DNA from: Raillietiella orientalis
Taxonomy: Eukaryota
Direction: 5' to 3'
Length of the DNA: 64,000 nucleotides
NCBI GenBank assembly: GCA_036172245.1
Contig: JAYWIR010000021.1
Location: forward strand, 2,790,001 to 2,854,000
Part shown: positions 36,701-50,999 of the stretch, piece after piece
How positions within the stretch are numbered: position 1 is the stretch's first letter
Layout of the letters: every line of letters begins with the position of its first letter
Program-made: the position numbers and the translations under genes
Notes under the pieces: generated by a model
Seen by the model: the letters and a program-made list of their open reading frames with translations, nothing else
Database searches by the model: none
What the model was told of the DNA's origin: nothing

Positions 36701-38249
36701 ATTGATTCAGTTAGTTAAAGGGCTCTCAGGTTTTCAATCTGCAATTTCAGGCCGAGAAGGCTCCAGCGTTTAAACGAAACTCTTTTCCATACTTGGCTAA
36801 AGAACACTTATATAGCTTTTATAGCTTTCAGTTTGACGCCTAAAAGCAAAGTGCACTGGGAAACGGTTCGAGAAAACTCTCAAGAGAAAAAATTAGATTC
36901 CTCTTCTTCTTTCCTTTTTTTTTTTTTTTTTAATTGCGCGTGCTGCTTCTTTTCGTGAGTTTTGCGACGCTGTTAATAGCACATTACATTTCCATATCAG
37001 CAGTGCCTCTGCTTCAGAAGCTGCAAAACTTCCTTTCAAATCTGTGGTAGGTATGCCTTTGCTAGGGAGAGAAGAATTTTCCTTGAATTCACCGTTTTTT
37101 ATATTCTTATGATTATCCAGTTGAGAGTGTAAGCTGCATTTAGGGTTGGAATCTGCTGCAGGCTAATTTCTGGAACTTCGAAAAAAAGCAAAAAAAAATG
37201 GGAAGCCTTTCCACTCGAATTCACAAACTCAGTTGATAGATGGAAACGCTGGAACTTTTTCAGCAGAATTTTCTCTTTCTTTTTTCCCTTTTTTACGCGA
37301 AAATTTTTTACGCATGGGGGGGGGGGTCGCAGCGTACCTGTGACCAAGCCGAGATAAATGAAGCGGTCACCTTTCCTGGAGCTTCATCAAAAGCTTGAAG
37401 TCAGCAGGTGAAGCGGATCCTTAGCCTTTGGGAATCCGCGTTAGTGGTCAAGTGATGCGGCGAACGTTCATGCCCGAAGCGCCATTTTGGAAGGAAGTTA
37501 TGGGAAGAGGAGGGCGTATTCACTCGGTAAAAAAAGCATCACCCGGAACTCCAGAAGATATGAGTGCTCATCTCGAAACTGCATTCTCCAAGAAAATTCC
37601 AGGATTTAATCCATATACCTACAAATCATTCGAGTGAATGGTTCAGTTGGTTGGAATGATAACTGAAAACGGGGGCATGGAGCAAAACGGCAGGCTCAAT
37701 CCGCCTATGCGTCTTAGCCACATCTTTACTTCTTAAAGTACCACATTTCTTCCCGGTTATAAAGTGGGCTTCGGTTACGATGATATCTCTCTGAAGATAG
37801 CAAATTTTCTGTCTGATCCCAAAGCAAGTAAGAATTCCCTCATAAACCTCGATAAACTGAGATGTTCTCTTTATATCTTGGAAAATTTAGGGACTTCTTG
37901 CACGTAAATTAGCAGGAGCATTTGGTTGGAAGTCTCGTTAGATTTCGGATTTCTTTTTCTTTTTTTTTTTTTTTTCTCCCGCGAAAATCATCCATTTTTA
38001 TGGCTCTTCATTCTAAAAAGGAAAGCACTGTTCCTCGGGATGCAACCGCTCTAAAGGAAACTGATAAGCACTAAGAACCATTAAATTTGATGCTGAAGTA
38101 TCGAGAAATCGAAGGTTCTCTTCTAGTCGCTAATCTTTGTCGAAATCGAATCTGAATTCGACGAATTTTCTCCTTCGTCTCGTGGCAAACTCATTCATTG
38201 ATTGCACTCATCCTTTGACTCCCTTTTTTCGACCGTGTACACCCCGAGA

Positions 38250-38560
38250 TCCTACATCCTGCAAACCTTGAACGTCGCCCTTCGTGGAAGCGAATCCCGG
38301 AGAATCCTTTCGATTTCCGCGCGAAACTGATAGCTAGAAGATGTCCCCCAGCAAAAAGTGAGCGCCCTCCCATTGTCACGAGCGGCGGTCAGGTCCCCTG
38401 CCCTGCACCCTACGGCGCACGAACCCCATGCGCCGTCTCCCGTGAAGAAGTCGCAAAGTGACGTGACTCCAGAGCTCATCACTCTCAGCTGGGACTTGGG
38501 CGAGACCTCCAGCAAACAAATACCAGAAGACTTCTCGAGTAGAAGCCATGACACGGCGCG
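38250..38560 (-). mobile_element. Possible L1/Tx1-like ORF2 remnant
   Basis: SGVTSLCDFFTGDGAW fits the G(I/V)..L.D....G.W segment downstream of RT. Confidence 0.35.
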
Positions 38561-38879
38561 AACGTCTGTCTGACCTTGTTTCCGTTTCTAAACGTGGGCG
38601 TTGCCGCTTTCTCCTCGCCACCTACCGCTTCTTGTGTCACGATTTCCCACCTTGGGCTCGTTTCTCGCCTCAGATGAAAACTTCTTCACCTTCTGTCCCT
38701 CTGTCCTAGATACGGTTTATCTCTCCTTCCACTGCTCTCTTTCCATTTTACACCTTCCTCTCAGCTCGGCACACGTCTTGTGATTTCACTACCCCTTTTC
38801 GATCTGTGGTGAAAAATCCGGCGCCGGCTCACCACGCAGCTACCAAGACCAAAGATGATCTGCCGGCATCGGCGGGGGA

Positions 38880-39800
38880 GCGCGGAGCTCACGCAACTTT
38901 TCCAGGAAGCTGTGGGGGAACCTGCCGGCTACGAACAGCAGATGCTGCTTTGCTGGAGCATCGCCCTCTCTACACGTCCGGACATCTCCTGCTTAATCAA
39001 CTCCTCTCAGTATAATGGAAAGGAAATTTGGGCACTTCTTGGAGCACGCGTGTCCAGAAGGTCTGCGAACCAAAGATCAGCAGCAGGTCCGCCATTCAGA
39101 TAGTGAACGGGAATTCGGAGCGTGCGTGCTCAGAGTTCGAACTGGGTCCAGAGTTGCGAGCTGAGAAAGTGCGTCGTTTCATCGAGTGGGATTGGATGCA
39201 CGAAGAGACTCTCGACCCAAGTGGTTCTTCCTTCTTCGTTAATCTGATCGATCCCTGGACGTCTTGTGCTTCTTTGCCTCCCGTTTGCAAAATCCTTGTT
39301 ATCAGTTTGCCTCAGATAGTTGGCTCGCATGTGCCCCGTGCGTTTCATTCGGAATCGTTCCTGGAACACGCTTTTTATACGATGCTTGCATGTGTGGCAC
39401 ACATGATGCTCCAGAGCATCCGGAATGAGACCTTGTTGTGTGAGTCCGAATCCCACAGTCATTATTTAATGTTCGCAAGCTTCCAGGAGCCGAGATGCTG
39501 TTTTGGGAACCGGGGCAACGCACGAGTAAGGGAAAACTCGGAGCAGAATCGCTAAGCAGGCTGATTCCCCCAGTCCATTCTTCGAAATAGTTGATGAAAA
39601 CAAGAAGCAATTGGAAATGAATGCAAATGGGCAACTCTGAACATTACGTGCCTGCATGATGAATAGGTCTTCGGATCACACGAGCTGACGCACATCATGG
39701 CGGTGCATTGCACGGACGATGGCCTTGGAATCAGCAGACGAACTGGAGCAACCCAGATGAAATGAGTAGTAAAGGCCACTGAACCAAAACAATGGAAGAA
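38880..39800 (+). mobile_element. Decayed hAT fossil
   Basis: TAD....Y.SGH (~38940), LACVAHMMLQ (~39390, CxAH motif), ARVRENS (~39530). Confidence 0.5.
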
Positions 39801-39983
39801 TTATGAAACCCTTTTCGCTGCTTTCCTAGCTCTTCGTCTCTACTGATACCCGAGTAAGCAACCCACAGGAAGTCATTTTAGGAAAACCAGGGTTCGAATA
39901 AAAGGAGCACATCGAAACTTCACCAGCGATTCCGGGAGACTTTTTCCAAAAGAGTTGGTACAAGGATGTTGTCTGTGCCTTCA

Positions 39984-40385
39984 CTATGTGTGATCGGCAC
40001 TCGGGGTTCTCTCGGGATAGAATGGGGGGAGGGGAGTGGAGGCGAAGTTCTTATAGAACCAACCACAGTCGGTCATCTCATTTTTGAAAGCCGGAAGAGC
40101 TATGGATCCAGTTGAAGCATCAAGGAAGCAGACTTCAGCTTGGAAACATCGCAAAAGAGAAGGCTCCTGCACAGTCTTGGAAGCACTAGTTGGCATGGTT
40201 GGTGCATGGTACTCCGGGAATATGGATCTGCAGAGAGAATAGGCGAGTCCGGAGTTTCTCCCGACACTGTCTTCTCCCAGATAGGAGCAAGCATTTTCTC
40301 GTGGGGAGTGGGAGTTCAGATTCCTCCAGGAATACTTTGGTACTCTGGCACACAGGGAGAGGAAACGTGGTGCACTGCGAAGCAC
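39984..40385 (-). mobile_element. Possible L1/Tx1-like ORF2 remnant
   Basis: EMTDCGWFYKNF..PP resembles the pre-zf-RVT T...Y..L segment; weak. Confidence 0.25.
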
Positions 40386-41642
40386 ACAATACTCGAAACA
40401 TAAGAACTTGCATACCTCATCTTTATCTGCTTGTTGTCACCCTTCCTCACTCCATACAAGAAGATTATGATCTCTTGATATTCAAAGCATGAATCAATCT
40501 TTCTTTCAATCAAAATACACGTGAAATGAACGCGGTGCAAGACGAACACCGATGAAAGATGGTATTTGAGATCCCACATCCATTGCATTTTGCAGCAAGC
40601 ATTCCTGGAAAGTTTTTGCAAAGCATCCTGGAATATATTGAGCTGAATTTTGCTCTCGGTTGCTTCCCTTTCTGATGCTGCTACGGGCATGAGCTTCATG
40701 GACCTCAGAGCCCTTTCCGTTTCGAACTCACGATTCATGCTCGGATTTACCAGTAGTGATTTTTCTTTCCCTAAATACAGAAAGTATACCCAAATGCTTT
40801 CCTTTCGGATGTTTTTTTCGCCTAAAACTTCGTTCTAACTTGCACTGCTGATGTTCTTCTTCGTAATTCTTGGAAAGTTCCAATGTTTTTTTTTTTTTTT
40901 TTTCTACAAAGTATTGCCAGTTGCCTTTCTGGAAATAATGAAATGAAACTTTACACTTTTGCTGACCTTTCAGATTTTCTTTACAAGAGAAAATTACCAT
41001 TTCTCAAAACCTTGACTACTTCTTCCTTAGAGAACGACAAAATAAGAAATCTTCTGGTAATCCTGGAAAATATTCAAATGCTGCATCTTTTTTCCTTGAT
41101 GTTACCTGCTATAAGCCTAATTACCCATATCAAAAAAAAGGATTGCAATTAATCATAGAGGAGTAAGCAACACTGCATTTTTGATGTTAATAAGCAACTA
41201 ACCGTGCCCTAGAGGCTAAAGCTCATCTTGAGAGGCTCATTTCCGGTCCTTTTTCTCTTATTTAGTGTACCATACGACATCTTGTTTATGTGCATCGTCA
41301 GTAATCTTTTTAGGCAGGCCTTAAAGGAACTTTTTGCTGAATTGAATCGTAAGGAGTGCCAGCAGCGTTGTTATGGCTTCTCTACGGTCCTGAAAAGCCA
41401 GCCAGCTGCCCATTCCCAAATCTCGAGGTAGGTAAGGTTAAAGCTATGATTAGGAGAGCAACTAGGAAGAACGGCCTGTACAGAATCGTTTTCTACATTC
41501 ATAGACAGCAAGCGAATTTTCAAAGCTCTCTATTTTCTTTTTTTTCAAACTAGGCATCAGCATAGATTGAACTATCCTTGAAGGATAATGCCAAACCCAC
41601 TGCTGCATCAGTACGCATAACACATAACACAGCAGCAGTGAC

Positions 41643-41662
41643 ACATATATATATATACATAC

Positions 41663-41708
<46 letters not shown>

Positions 41709-41729
41709 TTATGTATATGTGTATGTATG
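41643..41729. repeat. Compound (TA)n/(TACA)n/(TATG)n microsatellite, quasi-palindromic
   Basis: Direct inspection. Confidence 0.95.
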
Positions 41730-42119
41730 GAATGTCACTCTGGGACTTTCATTCAAAATAAAAAAAATTAGCAAACAGATTAGGAACACAGATCTCATGA
41801 GTAACAAAAAGAAGCTCAGCGGAAGAGGTCACCGACACGCAGGACGGGTTGCTGATGAAGTCCTGGGAGGGAAAGAGGGGAACTATAAATAAATAAATAA
41901 AAGGGAGGGTGAAAACAGGGGTTTTTGGTATAAGCCTCTCTCTTCCTGTCAGAACCGGAATAGAATGCCCGCGGTCGCCCTTGTGACTTCCTCTTCCAGC
42001 AATGGACTGCTCTCTCGTTGCTGCCGAACACCCGTTACAGGATGCGGAGATTTGGTCTTTCCCGTGAAGCAGCTCTCCTCACTAGTGGAAGCCCAATCAT
42101 GGAACTCTGCCGCTCAATG

Positions 42120-42960
42120 AACTTCAATGTCTGACGGCAGGAGGCTGTGGAGTCCTGGGCTGCATTCCAGGAATGAGCCCGGAGAATCTTTGCCCCCTGA
42201 GACAATTCCTACCACGACCTTTAGGAGTGGTGATGCAGGGCACGGCAAAGCGGTAGCCCCTGGCCGCCGCACCTCTTGCTGCAGAGCTGTCTGCTCTGAG
42301 GGCAAGCGACGACAGTAGCCTACCGGCGATATGGGAGTTCTCCTGCACCCTTTGTGGGAATGACAAAACTCCCCGGCGTCTGGAAGACGTGAGAGTTGGC
42401 GGATGCTCGACCACCCTGTGCACTCTGGCGACGGGACTCCTTCGGTGGAGTCAAAGTCTGAGCGTTTGCCCCCCAAGAACTTGTGGTCTCTGCTCAATGC
42501 CTGGATGCTTCTGCGCTGCCGCTCTCGAGGAGGAAGGGCTGTACTGCTCTTCTTCCACTGGAGACTCCAGTGCAACGAGCACCTGCACCGAGTTTCCGCT
42601 GGGATTGCATCCCTGAACTGCGCCAGGTGCAGGTCGGCGGAGTGTCGATCCCGCACCTGCTTTTGGACTGCGGTGCCCCCCAGGAACTGTAGGCATCAGA
42701 GCTTCTGCATCAGGAGGAAACCTCCCGTGACGAACTGCGACGGTTCTTCGCTCCGGGGGACTTTCGAAGGGAGCGGTGACCCCAACTGTTGGTTGCATCT
42801 GTGTCATCGCCACGGCCCTCGATGTGCTGCGGACGACAACGCAGCGAAGAGAGGTTACCGGGATGACAGCCGCCAACATGAAGACGGCTGCAGGATGGAC
42901 TCACCTGGTGGAAGAAGTCCAGGAGATCGCCAGCTTCCAGAGCCGGTTTTGGAGTAAAGG
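42120..42960 (+). mobile_element. L1/Tx1-like LINE 3' fragment (zf-RVT)
   Basis: NLWSLLNAW..FFHWRLQCNEHL..CARCRSAE/SIPHLLLDC: CCHC finger with one frameshift. Confidence 0.7.
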
Positions 42961-43289
42961 AACGCCTGCACCAGTGACTTCTGAGCTAGCCCCTATTTAT
43001 TTATTTTTTTGTTCTTTTCACCCTTCACTTCCTTTTGCTCCGCACTTTACCCGGTTTTTATATATTCATCCCGGTGTACACGGAGCGAACCCAACGACCC
43101 TTGCCTCATCTTCCCGGATTCCCTCATTTTTTTGTTATCTTCCGTTTCGGACTTTCGGATATCGCGACCTGCGTGTCAGTGGACTCTCCCCCTAAACTTC
43201 TTTTGTCTTCGATTGGGGACCAGTGTATTCCCGACTGGTTTATTCGTAGAAAATAAACTACCCCGAGCGTGACCGGGTGAAAACCTCCT

Positions 43290-44000
43290 CTTGCAGGTGA
43301 CGCCATCTCCCCCTCCGTTCTCATGTGAAGAGCCTCAATGCGGGTGGCCTCCCTCTCAAAGTCCGAGGTTGCAGCGATGGCGCAGATGCAGCATCTCGTT
43401 GCAGTCACGGCGCTCGACGGGACTTCCTACTCGCGTGAAGAATCCCGGCAGCAAATCCTTCGGGAAACTCCGTGATGCTGGAGGGAGCGGCTGCCAGCCT
43501 CTTCCACAGCTCGCGGAGGCCACGAAGTCCACGAACAGGTGCGGGAGCGATTCGATCGTCGTCCCGCACGTTAAGCAAGCTGCCCCCCGGAGACGGGGTG
43601 TCGGCGCTGGTTGCATCGGAAGCAAAAATAGCACCACTTCGTGCTCCCGTTTCAGAGGGAGCGTCCCAACACAAAGCAGGAACCAATAGTTCCTCGGGAA
43701 TCACACTGAACAGTTTTCCCCATTGCAGGAGCCCCTTGGCCCGGGAACGAGGAGTGGCGGCGTCCACCAGCTCACTCGCCTTCCAGCTGCCCAGGACTTT
43801 GGTCGCTCCTTCAGTAGTGTAAAAGAACTCCCACCCCGCCGGTTGGCAGCTGGCGTTGCTTACCCTTAGGGCAGACAGCTCTGCCGAAAGGAGTGAGGCT
43901 GCCAGGAAGAGCCACTTTGTGCAATCCTGCAGGACATCTTCTACTAGAAGTTTTAGAAGACAGAGTGGGAGCGCAGCAGTGAGCATCCATTGGTAGCGTC
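43290..44000 (-). mobile_element. L1/Tx1-like LINE 3' fragment (zf-RVT)
   Basis: QWGKLFSV.. then ACLTCGTTIESLPHLFVD (ORF 43356-43637). Confidence 0.7.
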
Positions 44001-44849
44001 CTGAAGCGATGAGGCAAATCCTATGCAACAACCGAACTGTCCTTTCTTTTGTGATTCTAAATTCACCCTTTTCTCGAATAGTCCAAATCACCCGCTATCG
44101 TTTTGGAACTTCCTCTTTTTTACTAAATGCCTTACACCGAAATAAGGAGCACTTCTAAAAGAACGGGGTGACTAGAAAACCAATCGATTTCTTTCATCTT
44201 TGTACATCTTTCCATTTTCCCTTTACGATTGATGAAGATGGTGAGGGGTGGTTTCCGGGTGACACGCCTGAGGAGGCTCGGTGGTCGATCGAGCCTTCGT
44301 CAGACTCGAGTTGGTCAGCTCCTCCCGGAAGATGCGCAGGAGCATGGTACCAGTGAAGCTCCAGCCCAGCTAGGACCAGACACCGCATTTGTATAGTTGC
44401 CGTACATTGCCCTGCTCTCCATTCTGTTTCTTCCTTCTTTTCTACTTTGCTACTGATGAATGCGCTCCATGGAAAAGTTGGCTGCGATCTCGATTCTCTT
44501 TTCCTTTTTTTTTTTTTTTTTTTTCTTTCTCTTAAGCAGGAAACAGATTGAAAACCCTTTTCGTCTTAATTTGAAATTTTTAGGGGAAATCGACTCCTTT
44601 CGAATTCGTCGTGGCAATGGAAAAAACTTCTGGCTTCTCAGTCCAGACGGAATATTTGTTCTTTTCGGATACAGATTGGAATTTTTTTCTCCTGAGAGAG
44701 TCTCGAGGCACAATTTCGAAACCAGTCAATTTGCTGCGTGATCCTTGAGATCCGTGTCCTTTTTTCCTCCTCTTTCCCCCTCCCCCTTCCCTCCTCATTT
44801 CGAGAAGGATCACTTCGTTCTTTTTTATTTCCGGACTGCTCATTAAAAT

Positions 44850-45860
44850 GCTAGATGGATTTTTCTCTAGAAAATTTCTCCTCAACCGAAGATATTGGTG
44901 CAGACAGATTCAGTATTCTTAGGATCGCAAGTGGGGCTTCCCTGCTGTTCGTCGGTAAGGAAAGCTCCGATTGCTGCGTGGCCCTACTTCCCTTTCTCGT
45001 CTTACACGACTGCCCGTCCAGACCCAATTCTGCGGTGGTTTCGCTCCCGATGTTTCGATTCTGGAATGTTTGTGGCCAAACGCGCAGATCCGACGTCGTT
45101 GGGATTCGCCGGGATTTTTGCCTCCCACTCAGTGCGATGCTCAACCAAGGAATGTTCTTTTCCGGTTCCAGTGGATTGCAGGCAACCTCCTTCCAACACG
45201 AATCGCAGCATCACTTTCGCGAATCTGTGATCCATTGGTTCAAACAATGTTTTCTGCACTTTCAAAGAGCCTATCCAAACAGGATGACCTTTCCCTGCAA
45301 AATCGGTCTTCCCAGAACTAAATCCTTGTCACCATGACTTCAGGTTCGACTGCCTACTTCGCGGCTATTGGAAGCACCGGAAGCACTTACCTCTGCTCGC
45401 TAGAGTATGGAGTGCTCTTACGCTATGCTTTACATTCCTTGTCGTGGAAGCGGAGCAAAATGGAATCTGAAAGGCTCTTCTTCCAGAGAACTGAATGCGA
45501 GAAGATCACTTTCGTTTCGTTCATGGGAACAGCACTTTATCGCGCTGTGCCAAGTGACGAGGAAAGTTCCCGCTCGACGTTGAAAGCTGACCTCTCGGAA
45601 GCGATGGCCTCCCATTTACTGCTGAGGGCATGAGCAGCAGAGATGAACGAAAATCCATTCCGTTTCCATTCCAGGGAGATTCCCTCCAGGTCCCTCATAA
45701 GACGATCAAAAAGGCGTGAAATAAGTAAACAGTAAATGGTAAAATGGAGGATGAACCCGTGACAACTACTCAGAACGGCGTGAAGGCTGGAACATGGGGC
45801 TCCCATCCAGGCAATTGTTTTCAGGTCTCCTAAACGGCATCTCCAAAACTACGAGCAGTA
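44850..45860 (+). mobile_element. Decayed hAT fossil
   Basis: CCVALLPFLVLHD (~44975), RRWDS (~45095-45108), RQLFSGL..ISK (~45810-45845). Confidence 0.55.
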
Positions 45861-47479
45861 AACGGGAGAGCAGTAGACGTGCCGTGTCTCCCTTTCCCTG
45901 CCTACGTCCCGAAATAGGACTTTGCGCACCGCCGGAATCCGTCGTCCCAAACTCTAAAAGATGAAATGTAGGGCGCAGGCACCCTGAACCGTGCTTCTGT
46001 TAATTCTCTTAGCAAGCCTGTGAGTTAGTCCGAGGAATTACTGGGATCAGCGAGTGAGACTCGACAAGAGAATTAATGCTCAAAGTGCTAGACAGACTTT
46101 TATGGTCTGAAAAGGTGCTCTGTTTCTCTTCTTCCTTATTTTCTGCTTCCAGCGAAATGGAGCAGCTGCTTTTCCAGACGTTTCCTCTAGAAGACCGATT
46201 CCACCATTCTACCTATCATTGGGAACATTAGTGTCTTTACAAATCACCTGACATCAGTCAGCATCGAGAGTTGATTCTTACTGAAGGTAATGAGGCTTCT
46301 TATCTTCATTGGACCAAGGCGGAATCTTATCCGAAACGCTCGTCTGGCTCCTCGCCACAGCAAACCTCTCTACACCCTTCTCTCGAAGATTTTCCTGCTC
46401 TGCATTTCATCTGAGATCAATTCCTCCCTTTAATCTTTTATGAGACTCACTAGACATTCTATTTTTTTTTTTTTCCAGAACCAGTGAACTTGGATAAGAT
46501 TTCATTCTACTTGTTTTAAAAGCGGAGTGTCGTAAAAGATGCTAACGACCCATTGATCATTATTATTTCATCACTCGCCCCTTAAATCATCTTGAAATCA
46601 CGTAAAGTATTTCGATACCTTTCCAGTTCGGATGATTTCAGTAATTATCATTGGTTCCACAGCGGTTCGAATAGTAGCACTCGTTTTATTCCGGTTTCAG
46701 TGAAATCTGGAATTTAAGGATTAATTTTAGCATTCCTTGCTTCCTTCTCCAGACGATTTTTGTATTTCACCTCAGCCTGCTACCGTACATACTGATTTAT
46801 GGCTGAGGAATGATCGCGTGCTCCCTCTCAAGCTGTACTCGCACACTCCGCATCCGACTGCATGTTTCACTGCTGAAGAAGAACATTCCTTCTCGCTCTG
46901 TCCATCATTCCAGGTCACTCCTTGTGAGAACGTAGCTTGGAATCCAACATTACGACTCACATCAAACGTTACCTCTCAGGCATAACTGACATGTGACCAA
47001 CTCGTGTTCTCGAATCGCCTTCCTTCTTATGCACTGGAGAAGAAAAAGCTGTCATCTTGAAGGCTTCAGCAACAGAAGCTCTGCACAATCAACACTTGAC
47101 AACCACGAAAGGACGAAGGTGAGTCGAGAGCCGAAACCCACTCGCAAGAAACCCTTGCTCTCCTGGATATCCCGAAAGAAAAAGTTGACGTTCTGGAGAT
47201 ATGGACATTCAGGTGAATAGACCTGCCTACGACGGATCCATAGATCGAGGGGAAATGAGTGGTCTTCAGTTGACTTTTGTTCTTCGTCTGAATTTTCGCG
47301 ACGTGACACCGTGCCAAACAAGCACCCGTGTTTTTTTTTTCTCTTTTTGTGTGTGTGTGTGTGTTTTTTGGAAAGCTTTCCCACGAACGAATCCAAACAT
47401 TGACCATTGGGAAACACGAAGCGTGCATTACGCATGTTCAGAGGCTAAGAATCGAAAACATGTCGATGTAGGATCAGCA

Positions 47480-48450
47480 ATGTAAGAATCAGCGGAGGAA
47501 TGAGGAAACCGTGTAGGCGACAGCTCCTGCTGGAAAGACGTGCCGAAGAGTGCCCCATTCCCTGAAGTACCACCGGACACGTCAGCTAGTAGATATGCGT
47601 TCGCACCTGATTGCTCACTGGCAAACCCTTTGCGAAATTGGACTTTCGTTGAGAGCAGGGACGGAGGAATATTCCTTGGTGGTTTGACACCAGATTTCTC
47701 TGTGGAAGCTGCGAAGACCCTGAAAGCACCCATGAAAAGACATTTACCCTTGATCATATCCTGAATGAACGACAGACTTGCACTACCAGCTTCCAGGGGG
47801 TTTTCCTTAAAATTCGCTACAAACAAGGCGACACGACGTGGTTTCAAATTTACGAAGAACAAAAATATGAGCTTCCATCCGTCCACCCTGCGATATTTTC
47901 CCCATTAAAAGGCAACCGTGAAGAACCAGGGTTCCCATCTCCTTTGAGCTGAACCACGGAGCATGAAACTCTTTCTAGCGAGAGGAGGAATGTACACTGA
48001 ACCATTGAGCTGCGGTGGTTTCTCTGAGAACTGCACAATTTTATTCCTGATTTACCATTGGCTTCTTTCTACACTTGAGCCTTTTCCAGGGAAGCGTGTT
48101 TCTGTGATACCGTTATCATTCGGCAGCACTATCTTTTGTCTTTTATTCCCGACTGTGTTACTGATTAGTTGATGTGCTACTGAATCAGGGGCTGGATCTT
48201 GACTAGATGAAAGAACATTTCTCTTCCAGCCTCGAACTCCTTGAGAGTATCCTCTTGAAATAAACAAAGACCGTCACACGAAGAAAAGCCTTACTTTGTA
48301 ATACTGAAGGTCTTCGAGGCCTCCCGAGCTCGCAATAAACAAATTTCTGTCTTCCACGTTTTTCGACTTCTTGTCTTTTCCGTTGCAAAAAAATCGGTTA
48401 CTCTTGTCGAAGCGGCTCTTTTCCAAAGATCCGGAGATTTGGATCCGCAT
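47480..48450 (-). mobile_element. Decayed hAT fossil (DUF659-type)
   Basis: VDGWK.IFLFFVN..LFV....FRVFAASTE...LLAD..PTRF (ORF 47428-47886). Confidence 0.55.
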
Positions 48451-48799
48451 TTATTTTGAAGTTTAGAGGGGGCATAGACTCTCGTTTCTTCCGAATCGTC
48501 TTTCAACTTCCGTTTTTCTGTTTTATATACTATTGAGGAACAGAATCAGAAACCATCCTTTCTTTTCCCTGCTGTCTGAAACGCCTCTGCGCTGAACTCG
48601 AGGCGGCCTTCACAAGGAAGGAGGAAAGACACTGAAAAACGATTTAGAACCGATTTAGAGCGATTTAGCGGATGGCTATTTCTTTCATTTTGGGGGACCG
48701 TATTTTTGCAGTCTGTTTATGCAGACACATGACGCATATTGCTAATGACACACACATAATGTGCATAAGATGAATAAAACCACAAGCATAGTAATGCAG

Positions 48800-49400
48800 A
48801 TATACACGTACGCACATGCAAGGGATGTGTGCTTATGGAACGAAATGCAAAGGAGAAAAAGCGTCACTGAAAATGGTGGAAAAAACAGTGATAGACTTGG
48901 AATGTACTCAACGGCTGTATCTGAAAGTTCTCAGAGTACTCCACAGTGAATCAAAGCAGAGAAGACCACGCAGCGCGATGCAGATTAGGCAATACTGATA
49001 CAGAATTGGAACGAAACAAAAGTATATGGATTCGTACGTAGAACTTGACCTCTTTGGCCGAATCAACTCCTCTAGCAAATGCCCTGCAGCGACGTCGTTC
49101 TGCACCCAAGAACGAAGAGCTACGGTGACTCATGTAAATAGATTTCTGGATTCTTCGGAGAAGTGCTGTAGAACACCAACATCTCGAAAAGATCATCCGC
49201 ATTTCAGGCTAGGAAACAGCAGCTGGAAGAGATGCTAAGAAGAGAGGCAATAAAGTAGACCACCAAAAGAGCTGCTGGAGAACAAGAAAGAAACCCCGGA
49301 GTCCTCAAAGGCGCGATTTCTTCGTTCTTCATTTCTGGCAAAGCTGCCACACCTTTTTGTGTGAGTGGCTGATATAAGCTCAATGCCGGAATGGGAACTC
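48800..49400 (+). mobile_element. Possible hAT fossil
   Basis: TDT/WNET near 49000 resembles TRWNS across an indel; single motif only. Confidence 0.25.
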
Positions 49401-50999
49401 TGGTGGTCAGTGGGATTCGATGAGTGCATTCAAATAAACACTCCTGAGAATGACCGCAAGCTCAGATGCTTTCCCTTTTCTTTTTTCCTTATAGATTTTC
49501 TTTTTTCCGTTGATTGCCAAGATTAAAAAAAAAATGCATTGCCTCTTTTTTTTTCACCTAATTTCGTAGAGAAAGGGTCTCAAGATCCTCATGTTATTCG
49601 TAGAATCGGGACCGATTACAATAAAAGGAATCCTAATAGAAACAAGGAAAATTAACCAGCTGTCAGCGTTGGCAATCCAACGTCCTGTGGTCACAACGTT
49701 CTTATCAGCTTCAAAAGATAATCGAGTTTAAAACTTGTGAGTTTTCCAACATCTACATTCACCGATCGTTGTCTTGACATTGACCCAAGCAGTACCATCG
49801 TGCATCACCGTTATGATGACCATCCTTATGGCTTCATTTTCCATACATTATTTTTGTATGAACCAATTGGTTTTCACTGTCGTATTTATTCCTTCATCCA
49901 TGAAAGTTTGGACCGCATTGCAGACCGATTTATAAGCAATCAGTTCCTCCTCTTTCGATTCTTTGAAAGAAGCAAGTTCTCTCCTGCAGGAGTCTCTTTG
50001 CAAATCTTGGAAGCAGTTTTTCATGCATGAGAACGTAAAAGCTGAAGCAGGAAAAAAAAAAAGCGTTCAAGGGCCACCACTTCCTGAATGCTTACGCTAG
50101 AAATAGAGAGAAATGATGAAAGCAGCCAAAGAAAGGTACTGCCGAGATGACTTTCTCTCAAGGAGAAACCGGCTGAACAAGCACTCTTGTCCCTCGATGG
50201 TAATCGAAAAATCACGCCGAAGATGTGAAGAGGGATTTTTTGGGGGGATCGAATGATCATTCCCTAGCCACGGGAGACATTCGAGATCGGACATCTTCAG
50301 CTCGAAAAGCGAAAACAGAACACAGTAAGCGCCGCAGAGCACAGACTGTGGACCCGAACAAGCAGCGTGACGCTAATCCGTGTCTTCTCCTTTCGAAGAA
50401 GCACAAAGACTGGAAGGAAATCTGTGTGGCATTCGTGTTCCGGAAAGTGTCGGTCTGCTTTCCGTGTTCGTGTGGATGGTAGCAGTGTGGACGAGAACGA
50501 AAGGGAAGATACCCTCACGGGATTTTATGACACTGCCCAAACGAAAGTCTCCAACGGGCGAATCGCTTTTTTTTTTTTTTTTTTTTCCTTTTTTTTCTTT
50601 TTTTTTTTTCCCCCTTCCCCCATTTGCAAACGTCGCAGCAAACAAGCAAAGAACTGACATGGTGAATTTTGACGCAGCAGCATCTCTGCTTTTTATTTGC
50701 CCGTGTTCTCACTTTGGTAAGGGGCCTCTGGGATTTCTTTTTGCTGTAACCAGCTTCCGAGATCCGCTAAGAGATAACGGCTTAGGCAACTTTTGCTTTT
50801 GCCCTTGCTTCTTTCTATTTCCTTTTTTTTTCTGCCGTCATATTAGGCGCCGTTTATGAAAGATTTCTTCACATCGACTGTATCAGATATGCATGAGAAC
50901 TTTTCAAAGATTTCCCTTTTCTTGATTACGTTTCGCAGATGCATTGAACGTCGTGCGATCTCTGAGCCTCTAGCATTTTTTTGAGCTGGGAATTTCACA

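Noticed and set aside
41845..41880. Hammerhead ribozyme (ctgatga...gaaa)
   Set aside because: No proper stem II or cleavage-site stems; other ctgatga hits (13257, 21161, 44453) also fail.
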